Source of the DNA: Utricularia gibba
Taxonomy: Eukaryota > Plantae > Magnoliophyta
Direction: 5' to 3'
Assembly: GCA_002189035.1 (NCBI GenBank)
Contig: NEEC01000010.1
Coordinates: 1,860,001-1,924,000, forward strand
DNA length: 64,000 bases
The notes beneath the pieces were generated by a model. It did not search any database and was not told the origin of the DNA. It worked only from the letters and a program-made list of their open reading frames with translations. Shown piece after piece: positions 37,422 to 50,282 of the stretch. The translations under genes and the position numbers were made by a program. Each line of letters begins with the position of its first letter. Position 1 is the stretch's first letter.

Positions 37422-39642
37422 ATGGATCTTGGGGCACTGGACTTGGACAGTTTGGTGTGCTGCTCAAGCTCTGTAACTCTACCTTCTAACAATGGCGGCT
37501 TCTCTTTTGAAATTGATAGGCAAAAGGGGTTTGGATCTGGGTTTCTGAAGCAAGAAAGGGGAGTAAATGAGGTAAATTTTTGGAATATCTATCTTCACAC
37601 TCCCTTGTGGTGAAAACTTCTGCTAACGAAAGTAAGGTTAACTTTTCAGAGAACCCATTGCAGCAATCTCTCTGAAGGCCAACAGCAAATGCTCAGCTTC
37701 TCTTTACCTGCTTCTTCACAGGCGGCGGCCTTGCCTTATTTTCACCAAACATCGAGTGGATTCAACAGAGGCACAGGTTGGCATATTTTAATAACTTCTC
37801 AATTTGATCCTGTAGGGCCTTTGTATTTTGCATGATAAGTCAGCATCCCTAACTCCAAAGAGAGTTTTTTTCCAAGAACTTTGATGGGTTCCTCAAAAAC
37901 ATGTTGCTTTATCTGGTATGTTGTAGAGTTGCTTACTGAAAAAGTCTTATCATGTAAACCAAGATTTGACATCTTGGTTTTGAAGTCTTGTCCCCTCTGT
38001 TCTGATTTTTTTTGCACCTTGCTCTACTTTTGGGAGCTTTAGTGAGTGACCCTTTTCCTCCTTTTTGGTTCTTCCCTTTCCTTTGCTACTTTAAGAAGCA
38101 ATCTGCACGTTCCCTTCAATTTTAAATGCTGCAAAAAAAAAAAAAACAGGAACTTGGAGTGTTGTTCTCTTCCTCCTCACCTCTTTTTATGGGTAATTTC
38201 TCTTGTATCGTAAATGGAATCTGAAGTTGTTACAGGGTTTGTCTCCACAGGCTTAAATTCTGTTGGAGCTTTTCCGGGTATGAGAATACCTTTCACTCCT
38301 TCTCAGTGGATGGAGCTGGAACATCAGGCTCTGATCTACAAATACATTACTTCAAATGTGCCTATTCCTTCTTGTCTCCTCAATCCAGTCAGAAAACCTT
38401 TGGAATCTGCTGGCTTTTCCACCTTCTCTGGCCTGAGATCTAATCCCTGTAAGTGTTTTCTTTACCCCTGTATGCATGTGGTTGTCATGACTTTGTTTTT
38501 TTTTTTTTTTTCATTTGAGCTGATCTGGATGCAATTCCTGGATTGTTTATAGTGGGATGGGGAGCATTCCATTTAGGAGGATTCTCCAGTTCGGATCCAG
38601 AGCCAGGACGGTGCCGGAGAACGGACGGAAAGAAATGGCGGTGCTCGAGGGATGCCGTAACTGATCAGAAGTACTGTGAGCGGCATATGAACCGAGGCCG
38701 CCATCGTTCAAGAAAGCCTGTGGAAGGCCAATCTGCCATGCCGGCGCAAGAACCACTGCCGTGAACAAGAAGCCGGCGCCCGTTTCCGTCACGCCGACAG
38801 CTGCCGGCCCTGCCTCCAACAGCCTCAGCATCTCCCAGCAACATCAACTTAGCGGCTTGCACCAACAACCTGGTTCTGATATCCTTGCTTTTTCCAGTTT
38901 TGATAGGTGAATCGAAGTCCTATATTCAGAAACTTGAGATTTTTTCCTGCTTTTGTTTCTCACTATTTCATTCACTTCTGTTATCAGAAGTTTCCTCGAC
39001 AAGGAAAATAACAGTTGCTCCATGCCCAAGCAGCAGACCTCATTTCAGGATTTTGGGTTACTCTGCTCCAACTCTCTACTGAATCAACTGGACCGGAGCT
39101 CAAACCTTGGCCATGGCAGTAGCATTGGAGGTTCAGATCGGCTCAATGACAAAGACAATAAGTCAGGGAGTAATCCCCTCAGACAGTTCATGGATGCCTG
39201 GTCCGAAAGCCACTCAGACAGGCCTTCTCCATCTTCACCAAGTTCCAAGCTCCAAAGTTCATCTCAGGAATTGGAAATGTGTTTGGCAGTTGGAACCGCT
39301 GCTGCACAACACAGCCAAAGACAGTCTACCAATTGGGTTCCCATCTCATGGGAGCCATCAATGGCTGGACCTCTAGGAGAAGTTCTACATAGCACAGCAT
39401 GTGCAGCCGGCGATTCGCTAGATGCCAAGCCTCTTAATCTGATGGAAAGCTTGGACAATAGCTCTCACTTGGCTTTATCTCCTACCGGAGTTCTTTCAAG
39501 GTGCACGTTTGGTTCCCTGTCAAACAGCAGTGCTGGGAGTAGCCCCAGAGCTGAGAGCAGCAAAGCGCTGGATGGTGGTGGTGTCACCCTTTGCAATGGT
39601 ATCATCCCCGGCATGCTGAGTACATCCATGCCTAACCTTTGA
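37422..39642 (+). CDS. GRF: Growth-regulating factor (QLQ + WRC), GRF1/2-like; apparent 1-bp deletion just after the WRC domain
   Basis: Exons 37422-37571, 37650-37776, 38251-38448, 38553-38906, 38988-39642. GSGFLKQER; QLQ domain [27 protein letters not shown]; WRC domain [44 protein letters not shown]; C-terminal LRQFMDAW and [19 protein letters not shown]. Confidence 0.95.
38705..38725 (+). promoter_or_regulatory. miR396 target site in the GRF coding sequence
   Basis: CGTTCAAGAAAGCCTGTGGAA, the canonical GRF miR396 site with its characteristic 1-nt bulge, encoding RSRKPVE. Confidence 0.95.
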
Positions 39643-40824
39643 ACTCACTTTTAGAAAATAAACTAGTTTTCACTATGTTGAGCATCTTCCAATTACATCT
39701 ATAATCCTCATCTGACATTTCATCTCCACAGTTTGCCCAACCTTCGAGTAAAACTTTCTTCTCAATCATTCTGCTGTGGTCACGGCTGTTTCTCTGATTC
39801 CTTCATGAGCAATGCGGACCACCCAAATCTGATACTAGGATCCACGAGATCTTTCCTCCCTCTCCTTGAAGTGGTCCATGGTGTCTCGCCCTGCCAGTTT
39901 TTAAGAAATTTCGTTTTAGTATTTTCTTGCTGTAGTGCTATCTATTCAACGTACAGACCTTGTTTTCTAGCAGCCTTTCAACTCAGTTCTCTCTTCATGC
40001 AACATTATGAAAACCAATCAACAGAACACGTCCATAATCAATCTGATCACAAGTGTGTATTCAAGCCCCTCAATGCCATAGGGGATATTTACACTTGTTT
40101 GATATCTGAACACTTTGCCTCCCTAACCCTAACATCCTCCTGAGCCTTAACCGTCTCCTTCTGGACCATCTGCACAGATAAAGAAAGTAGATGACCGTAA
40201 ATCTGTTAGGTGCAGAGAGCATTGCTGATAACGGGCTTGTTTTGTCAGCCTCCATATGTCAATGAATAGTCAAATAGATGTGTTTTCCTTGATCAGTGTT
40301 GTCAATGCAAGATACACATCCAAAGATCGACACAGTATGGCCCTATAATGTTTAAACAAGCAGCAACCCCCAGGAGCACTAAATGGCGCATCTTTGATAT
40401 GACTGCTGTTGTTTCAGAAACGAAAATACAGACCAAAACCCACAAGCAATCTAATTTATCACAATTCAAGCTAACTGCTTTCCGCTGTTACACAATTCAT
40501 CTCCAAGTTTTAATTGATGGGAATCATCTGCTGCAAGGGACAAGACCATCCTCCGTCTCATTCAAGATTTTTAGCCAATATCAAGCAGATGGCATAATTT
40601 TGTAACAAATTAAAAATGAACAAGGGAGAATTGAGAGCTCATATTCTATGGGTGTAAAATGAGTCTGTCAAGCTGAAGCCACAGCATTCAGAACGAGGAA
40701 TTTTTTACAATCATGGCTCTCAAACCTCATCTCTTCGGAGAAGAACAATGAAATGGAAGTCCTGGGCAGTCGACTCCGGGTGTAGAGACACCCTCAAAAG
40801 CGGCGGCGAACGTTCAACCTTTTT

Positions 40825-40906
40825 TGGGCCTGGCTTTGAAAACCCTCGCCCTTTCACAGGTTATTGCAATATGGCTTTAGTTGGGCCTCAACTGCAGGCT
40901 GGCCCA
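40825..40906. promoter_or_regulatory. Site II element cluster upstream of PRP40A (possible bidirectional promoter)
   Basis: TGGGCC 40825-40830, TGGGCC 40882-40887, GGCCCA 40901-40906. Confidence 0.55.
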
Positions 40907-41223
40907 AATACGAATCACGAATTGTCTCAATCCTCAATCAGCTGGATTTCTTCCAGGGTTTATATTTATCGCATATGGTATTAAGTTCTGGCTGATGCGT
41001 TGCGTCGATCAGGTTTGGTTGAAATTAGCGTTAAGTTTCATTGTAATGTGGGGGAATTATCTTGTTAGAATCTCATAATTTTCACGTTTGTAGGTCTTAA
41101 TGAGCTATTGAGCGATGGATGTGGTTTGCTTTTTGTTGGTTTACGTTGTTTTTTTTTTTCTTTCTCAGGTTTTTGTTTCATTGTTTATAAGGCGTTTCTG
41201 ACTGCAACAAACCGCGTATTACT

Positions 41224-44200
41224 ATGGCAAGTAATCCTCCGTCTTCGGGTTCCCAGGTGCGGATCTTGCTATCTTTAAGTGTTCCAGTTGTAAAAAAAAT
41301 GGAGTTTTTCGTGATGTTGATGAATTATGTGGCACATTTCAAGTATAGGACATCCTGGTGGATGTGATGGTATAACCTGTTTGGGTAGTTTTTTCGACTC
41401 TGGGTATCTCGTGGCGAGACCTTTGGGCTTCTAATTTCTGCTGCTGTTACTGCTAGTGTAATATTAGTATTCGTCTTGTCCTCAAGACTGATTGTATTTT
41501 GATGGAACTCTTTACCTGTTGCAGCCACTGTGGCCGCATCCTGCGCCTGGATCTCTAGCAACACAAGGTTTAGTTCCTCCCTATCCTATGCAGGTACTCT
41601 AGCTCACACTCCTTTTTTTAGGATTTCTCTCTAAAAATTGATTCCCGTAATATTTTACTGGTTCTATTCGTTATATTATTGCTACAGTTCCGTCCTACCG
41701 TACAAGGTCCACATGGCCAAGCATTTGTTTCTCAGCAGTTCAGTTCCACAGGCCAGTCTCAAGCTATTGGTATTTCTCCCAGTCAAAGTCAACCACCGCC
41801 TTTTTCTCAACCTATGCAACAATTCATTACACAGTCTTCACAACCTGGACATGCATCACCATCTTTTTATCCTCAAGCAAGTGCACCCATTACATCAAAC
41901 GTTCAGCAGCCCCAGCCTGCTTCATACACTGTAAGAATCTCTTGTGTACTACGTATATTCTCCCGTCTATGACTTAATGTTCGTGCTTCTTTTCAGTACT
42001 CTATGTCTTCTGTTGGAATGCCATCTAGCAATGCCGCAGTGTCACCATATCAACTTCAACCTTCCCCCCTTTCTGCCCTTGCTGGGTCTACTGGAGTTCA
42101 AGCATGGATGCAATCAAGTTTAAGTACTCCTGTTGTTGTACCATCACAGCAAACCGTGCCCACTTCAGGAGCTATGCTGGTAATATCTCTCTTTTCTAAT
42201 TCCTGTCTTAAAATGATGTTGATTTTGGTTTTTTTCTCGTTGTGCCTGAACTAGGTGGTAATTATGAAGTCATTGACACTAAATAGGCTCTTTATATCTC
42301 ATTGGATGCATATCTTATGTGCAGTGGATGTGATCTTCCTTATCGGTCATTGACTTTTTCTTTTCAGAAATTGTCTAGTAGAACTTTATCTGAATATATA
42401 TGTGTTTTTGATGTTTCTGACTACTAACTCTCCTATTCTGATTCGGTTTGTATGAAGAATGTTAATGTTTCGAACACAGTGGAGCAAGCTGTGTCAGATT
42501 GGCAAGATTATGTAGCTGCTGATGGAAGAAGGTGATTCATTTTTCTATGAGTTTTAAACTTTATCGTGTAGATTTAAATTTTATTATGGCAGGAATTTAC
42601 CTTGGATGTTTATCTATCTTTTATGTGCTCTAGTGTTCCTCAAAGAAGTCTGCATGTTGCTAAAAGCGATTAATAATGTGATATCAACTAGCTGTGAATC
42701 TTTTGAGCCATACATTACCCTTTTTGTATGCAATGCCTAGGTATTACTACAACAAGATAACAAAGCTTTCTAGCTGGGAAAAGCCCTTGGAGCTGATGAC
42801 CCCGTTGGAGGTGAGTGGATGAACTGAGATACACCGTGCATGCAATTTTACTTATATGCTGCTCAACTGTCATCTTGTTCATCCATGTACATGTCTGTTT
42901 TTATGTTGTAAGTATCAGAAGCCCTTGGATGTCTAAGCTGTTGAAGATTGGCTTGTGTATGTTAGTTTTTATTTGTAAATTACTGCACTGGTTTGTAGAT
43001 GTTATGGCAAGTGAGGGGAATATAACGACTGGTCTTTGTCCTCACTTTGAAGACGGTTTCACTTTCTCAAACCAGGCAACACTATGCTATTACATTTACA
43101 CGTAATCTAGCCATTTAATTTTGTTGGCTTCATCCTACTACCTGTGAATTGACCTTGCACTCTCAAGTGTGGCGTAAGATGTATTTTGTCTATTGTACTC
43201 CTGGGATGATCTATTGAATAGTTTGTCTTGTTGAAGTCATGATATTTAAAATGGCGGTCTTTCTGTGTAAGTAAATTCCCTGTTTCGAGGCTGCTTGAAA
43301 CTGAATATTTAATGATACCTTTTGTTAACCATACTACAGGAAATGTTTTGCTTTTACATGTGTAGTAATTGAAACCATTTGTAATTTCTTTATATGCTTT
43401 TGGCAGAGAGCTGATGCATCCACTGTCTGGAAAGAGTTTACAACCCCCGAGGGTAAAAAGTAAGCATAAATTCTTTGACCCTGGGTTGACAAGCGTTGTT
43501 GCTCTTACATTACAATGAATATTCTAGGTATTATTACAACAAGGAAACAAAGGAATCCAAATGGACGATACCTGAAGAATTAAAGGTTTTTCTCCAAAAA
43601 TCTTGGAACTCAGAGAAACAACACATCATTATACTAAGTGTTGCATAAATGTGATTCAGTTGGCCCGCGAACTAGCTGAAAAGGCTCAGGCTAAGGGAGG
43701 GCTACCTCAATCTGATGCCAAATCTCCTAAACCTGCCCCTGCTGATGGCAGTCTTAGTGAAAAGCCATCTACTCCAATTGTCTTAAATGGCTCTTCTGCA
43801 CCATCTATAGTCGCCACAAGTCCCAGACAGGGTATGCCACGTGTGTCTGATGCTTCCACTACGATGGTCTCTGAGCCACCAGCTCTTCATGGAAATAAGG
43901 TAGCTTTTACAAGTTCATCTGGGGCTGACACCATGGGAGGAATTGAGGATTCGGCTAGTGCAAATCCTGATGTTGCTGGAAATACATCTGTTCCAGCTAT
44001 GATGGCGAGTGCCGACTCTGAAAAATTGTATGGTACCCCTATTGACGTATGAGAACTGTTTCTTCGATTCTTACTGATTGACACTATTTCAGGACCACCA
44101 ACGAAGCACCCAATATTGCGTTTAACCTTCTTGGAGAAGCCTCTCCTCAAAATATTGAGGTGTGACTTATTTATTGCTGTTCTCCTGTGAATCCAGATGT

Positions 44201-47200
44201 TAAACCTGCAATGAATCCCTTTTAGTTTGTTGTGTCACATATTCTTTTCAATCCTTTTGCACTTCTTTGTTTTCCTCCTTCAGAATTTATGATTTCAATC
44301 ACAATACCTGATTTTGAATGATACGTGTCACTGACTAAGAACCATTTTGAATGAGAGTCTGAGAAAGTAAACATCTAGTTTAATATTCAGGATCGGAAGA
44401 AAGAAGCAAGCATGGACGTGAAACCTCCTAATCCACCAGAAGAAGAGAAAACTGTGGATGGTGAACCCATAACATATGCCACCAAACAGGTGCTTATTTT
44501 AGCTGCTTCATAGAGTCTCTCCGCCTCCCTTATATTTTTATTTTTTAAAATAAGAATACTTTCTACTATTATTCTCTTTAAAGTTGATTTACCTGGTTCA
44601 TAGATTTTAAACTTGTATGCTTTGTCTTTTAGGAGGCGAAAAATGTCTTTAAGGACTTGTTGAACTCTGAAAATGTTGGTGCTGATTGGTCCTGGGATCA
44701 GGTTAAGCAGCACGCCTTTTTATTCCGACATAGTTTCATCAAAATGGGTGAATCTTGATGTTTTGCTCAAATCTAGACCATGCGCGTGATTATCAATGAC
44801 AAGAGATATGGTGCTCTAAAGACCCTTGGTGAAAAAAAACAGGCGTTTAATGAGGTAGTTGGGTGCTTCAACTTGTTTCTCACATACTGCTGATATTAAT
44901 CGATGTCTTGTATACTGCAGTACATAATGCAAAGGAAAAAAATTGAGGGTGAGGAGAGACGCCTCAAACAGAGGAAAGCGAAGGAAGACTTCATGAAGAT
45001 GCTGGAGGTAAGGATTAGACATTTCAGCACACTTTTCTTAATTTGTTAATTATCAGTACCGTGTTTTAAGAGAAGAATATCTTTGTCTCTATTTTACTGA
45101 TTAAGAAACTTGATTGTTTGCTTATTATCGTTGCTTTTGTTTTTTCTAGGAATCGGTTGAACTTACATCCTCAACCCGCTGGAGGTTTTTTACTTCTACC
45201 AAGCGCATACTCAAGATATCTGTATTTCTGTATAATACTCTGTTATTTTTCTGATTTTTCAGCAAAGCTGTGACACTGTTTGAAGATGATCAAAGATTTA
45301 AGGCTGTTGAGTCAGAAGCAGATCGTGAAGATCTTTATAGAAACTATTTGATTGATCTTCAGAAGAAGGTAGGATTTTTTTTTTTGTATTTTTTTTCTTT
45401 GGCTTTCTTACATCAAATCCACGTTTTTGTAATACAAGAGCAAATAATCAGAATAAAAATTTCGGGCTGAATTTTTGATTGAGTTTACCCTTCATATGTG
45501 CTGGATTTAACACTGGTCTTGGGTCGATTAAATGTATTCCATAGCTGGTCCATATTTCACCATTTAATAGCAAAGTTGTTTCCCTTATGAATTTCAAGTT
45601 GAATTCTGTTGGCAATTTATCGAAAATCCATGCTCCAAAAGAGGTGCTCCATGTCATCTATCTGGAATAATGGTTGTGTAATGCTTTTCTTTCATATTTT
45701 TGTTCTCTCTGTCATCTGTCGTTGGGATGAGTTTCTTCGAGCGAGCTTGAGATTTATCCGTAATAAGAATGTCATTCTTAACTTTGTTATTTTTGGAATC
45801 ATAAACCACCAATTCAACACCTACGCTAATGTGTTGTTCTATGGTGCTTATTGGGCCTGACATTTGCCTCTCTGGTGTGGGTCAGGAGAAGGTGAGGGCT
45901 CAGGAGGAGTATAGACACAGCAGGACCGAATTCAGAAAATATCTTGAGACATGCGATTTCATCAAGGTATCCTGAAGAGGCTTAGGTTTATAGTTGTCAG
46001 ATTTTACATCCATTTTCCCATTTTGTTCTTTTAGGTGGATAGCCAGTGGCAGAAGATCCAAGATCTTATTGAAGATGATGAAAGAAGTAGGCGGCTTGAT
46101 AAAATCAGTCGATTGGACATTTTCCAGGTTGTACATCATGCCCTAAATTCTTGAGTGAGAAATTTACATTAGTGAACACAACTTTTTCCCTGAGTATCAT
46201 CTCTTCCTTGATTGCACATTTTTTCATGTTGTTCATTATGACTAATTTCTTGACCATTGAAATTATACATCTATGAACTAAACTTTTTCCTGTATTTCAC
46301 CTCTTCTTTGATTTGGATCCTTACAGTTATTGTGAGTGTTTTTCTCCTCAAATGATGTTTGAGTTTGCTTGTGTTGTGCTGTTAGGACTATATTCGTGAT
46401 TTAGAGAAGGAAGAGGAGGAGCAGAGGAGGAGACAAAAGGTATTAGTTTTTTTATGCATCATCTGATTGGTTTTTTAATCAATCTCAAATTGCCTTGGAT
46501 CTTACTGGCTGTCCTGTCCATGCATGAAGGACCAAGTGAGGCGAAGTGAGCGTAAAAACCGTGATTTATTTCGCAAGATGCTGGATGAGCATATTGCTGC
46601 AGGCACTCTTACTGCTAAAACTACTTGGCGAGATTATTGCCAGCACGTAGCTCCCTAAACTTAAAGCCCTCTTAATCAAGAAAATTAATTTACTATTCAT
46701 CAACTTTATTTGATGTAGCTGATATATTTTGTAGGTAAAGGATTCTGAGGCCTACAAGGCAGTTTCATCGAACATTTCGGGTTCCACTCCCAAGGATTTG
46801 TTTGAGGATGTTGCGGAAGAATTGGAGAGAAAGGTATATTTTTTTTTTCCTAGAAGTCTTTGAATTTTTATTTGAATTATAAGAGGTGTTGGATATTTTT
46901 GCCGCCAAATAAAACTGGTTTACAGATATAATTCTTCTTTACATGAATTTCATATATTCATGATTTTTTGACCCCCAATACATTTTTCCTTTCCACCACG
47001 ATATTGCCTTGGACTGGATGTAAACAGATATTATGTGGGTATTCTAATGATAAGCTTTGTCCATTGAGCAGTACGAGGAAGACAAAACTTTTGTAAAAGA
47101 TATTCTGAAACAAGAAAAGGTAATTCTTGATTTCTTTTGTTGCCTGCTCTAATATGTTGCATGATATCTTGGCATTCCTATTCTTAGATAATTATTGAGT

Positions 47201-48641
47201 CAACATTGACTTTCGAAGAACTGAAGTCCTCTATCAAGGAGATAATTAGTTCTGCTTCAATATCTGATACTAATCTTAAGGTATCAACTTCACAGATTTA
47301 CTTGACCTTTCTCTTTGTGTTATTTCCTTTGCAGAAATTTTTTTGAAACCAAGTTCATTATGTAATTCCCAAACTACAGAAATGCGTGTTAAAAATATAG
47401 ATTTATGCAATTTCAGCTGGTGTACGAAAACCTGATTGATAGAGCGAAGGAAAAAGAAGAGAAAGAGGCTAAAAAATGGAAGCGTTTGACCAAGGAATTT
47501 ACTGACTTATTGGCTAGCACCAAGGTTTCCAATACTTTTTCATGCTATGAGCGAGAGGTGGCTCCTTTTTATTCTTTGTTTCCCTGTTCCTTATCCTTTA
47601 ATTGCCATAAAACTAGGAAATCAATGCATTGTCTACTTGGGAGGAAAGCAAGCAACTTGTCGAAGATAGTTCTGAGTACAGGTAGATCATGGAAAAGACA
47701 GTAATGACATGTTATGCTGTGGCTTTTTTTCCAGTTATCATTTTCATCTTGTTGAATTCGGCTTGGAAATGCCCTGTGTTTTGTAGGGACATTGGTGAAG
47801 AAAGGTACTGCAAGGAGATATTTGATGATTACGTTTCTCGCATGCAAGAAAAGCTGAAGGAAAAAGAGCGTAAAAGAGATGAAGAAAAGGTAATATATAT
47901 TTTGACTATTTCTCATGTGCTAGCTATTTGTTCCCATGCCTATGAACGTGTGCTTTCTCTTTGATGTCCATGAAACATTATTGTTTTTACGGTAGACAAT
48001 TACTTTGTTTTGATGTGATGGAGACAGAAAAAGAAAGGAAAATCAAGCCACTGCTTAGTGAAGGCTTTTGTGCTCCTTTCGAAAAATTCATATTTTTTTT
48101 TCTTGCTTCATTCATTCTGGACAATCTTCACTCTTCAGGTAAAGAAAGATAAGGATCGGGAAGAGAAAGAGAAAAAGAAAGACAAAGACCGAAGGGAGAG
48201 AGATAAGGAGAGGGACAAAGACAGGGATCGTGAGAAAGAGAAGGAAAGCTTGAGGGATGATGAAGAAATTGAAGACATGGAAGATGTCGAGGGTTATTCT
48301 CATAGGGATGAAAAAAGGAGGGAGAAAGAAAGGATAGGAGACACAGGAAACGACAAAAGAGCCCAACTGATGATGCAAGCTCTGATAAGGATGATAAAGA
48401 AGAAACGAAGAAGTCACGTAGACATAAAAAGTCAAGAAAGGTACTCGGTATTGGTTTCACGTATTCCTTTTTGGGGAACGACTGATTTTTTGATCTTGTT
48501 CAGTACACATATTCACCGGAATCTGAGACCGAAAGTACCCACCGAAGGCACAAAAGGGATCATCGTCATTCTTCTCGGAGAACTGTTGGTAACAATGAGC
48601 TTGAAGATGGTGAACTTGGTGAGGATGGGGAGATCCGGTAA
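41224..48641 (+). CDS. PRP40A: Pre-mRNA-processing protein 40A/B (2 WW + FF domains, U1 snRNP); apparent 1-bp deletion in the penultimate exon
   Basis: Exon 1 41224-41256 [11 protein letters not shown], then |FRPTVQGP at 41688. WW1 [12 protein letters not shown]|[15 protein letters not shown] (42480-42531, 42741-42810); WW2 [11 protein letters not shown]|[17 protein letters not shown] repeats ([44 protein letters not shown]). Last exon 48504-48641 ...[15 protein letters not shown]. More than 25 short GT-AG exons. Confidence 0.94.
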
Positions 48642-50282
48642 CCTCCTACCATGAACTGATGGTCCTTCTAATCATCAATTCCAGTTATGCTCTTGGACAC
48701 TTCGGTACTGATGTTTGGTTTTCCAGCCTCCCTCAATTCTTTCTTCTGCTTGAATCTGTATAAAAACCTTTCAAAGCTAGGTGGCTTAGACAATGCTCAA
48801 AGCCTGGAGGTATGCCACTGGCCATGAAAAGGCTGCAAGTTTTGCTAGGTACCATCCGAAAGACACTTTTTACATACGTATTCTTGGAGGTATTTAGAAA
48901 TTTGGTTTTGTAGGAGAGAAAGGTAGATTGACCGTATTTCTAAATGAGCTACATCATGTATCATGGCTGTTAACGCTGTGATGGCATTACAGCACACATT
49001 TGTTGCCTTGGCCCTGAAACAATACCTGCACGAATTTTTGAGGCCTACTCCAATTTTAGGAACAGCACTGGGTCCAGGCACACGGATTTGTGGCGTTTTA
49101 CTGTGAACATGTGGTCAGGTATTATGAAAAAAAACCTCCGAAGCCGTGAACCGGCTGAACGGAAAATTGCTGGTTTCCGATTGACCAGTTCGACCTGCCG
49201 ATCGACGAGTAGAATAAAGAGCTCAACTGTGCCGACCCGCACCGTGAACCCAGAGGCATACCGGCGCACTACCGCGGTTAGCGCCGCCGTGTCGCTAGTC
49301 AGTTGGGGCCTAGACTTGACATACATTAATCCTAGAAGTGGTTACAATCCCAAAACAACACAAGGCCACCCGAGCCTAGCATAACCATGCCGCTAATCCA
49401 AACCGTCCCGACGCCCCCGTACTCGCCTCTGCCCTCGTGTGCGCCCAAATCATGGCGGCGCACTGCCGCGACCCTGGACCTGGCCCCGCAGGCGCCTCCA
49501 GGCAAGCCCGTCTCGGTCCTGTCCAGCCCCCTCGGGGACCCGCCGTGCCGCACCTGCTCCCTGCGCTAGCCTCCCCTAGGTTGGGACCGACGTTCGGCGC
49601 GCCCTGCGCTGGTCTACCCGAGACTAGGGCATACACGCCCGACAGGCACCGTGCCCACCTTCTACATCTTCCGGTAGCCTCCGTCACCGTGAACTCGCTC
49701 CCAGCTCTCAAATTTATATCCATTTCCCACCATAGCGGGACTCCACCCGGCAACCCCATTCCCGCCTTTATGGATCCGGCCCATTCCGGTCCGATACCTC
49801 CCCAAAACCAACCCGGCCCCTTCTTCATCCCCTTTGATCCCGGTCCAACGGACCCATCCTGGTCCCGGCCTTAACAATATTGTGGGTACACGTGACTGGG
49901 GCGAAGTGGAGGAGCTCTTGAAGCTTCCGAATTCAATTGCTCCGTCAAGAAATTGCACTGTATAAATTGGGTCATCGATTCGTGCTCCTTCCAGTGTTTC
50001 AATAGCTCCTCGAAATTATTGAAAGTTTTGACAAGTATTCAGCGATTTCTTCCGCTATCAAAAAGAAGATTTGTTTTTTTAATTTTGAAGGTCTTTCTTC
50101 TTCCAGGTACGTGCGGATAGGATTTTGGGTGAATATCGGTTGCATCTGCAGATTGTTGCGCTCCTAATTCAATCATTGTCTTCTGTATTTGTTCCTGTTG
50201 ACTTTTTAGGTAGCTGTGGATAATTGGTTTGCAGCTCGGATTCGGGAGGAATTTTGGGTGTATTTATAGCAAGATTAATCGA

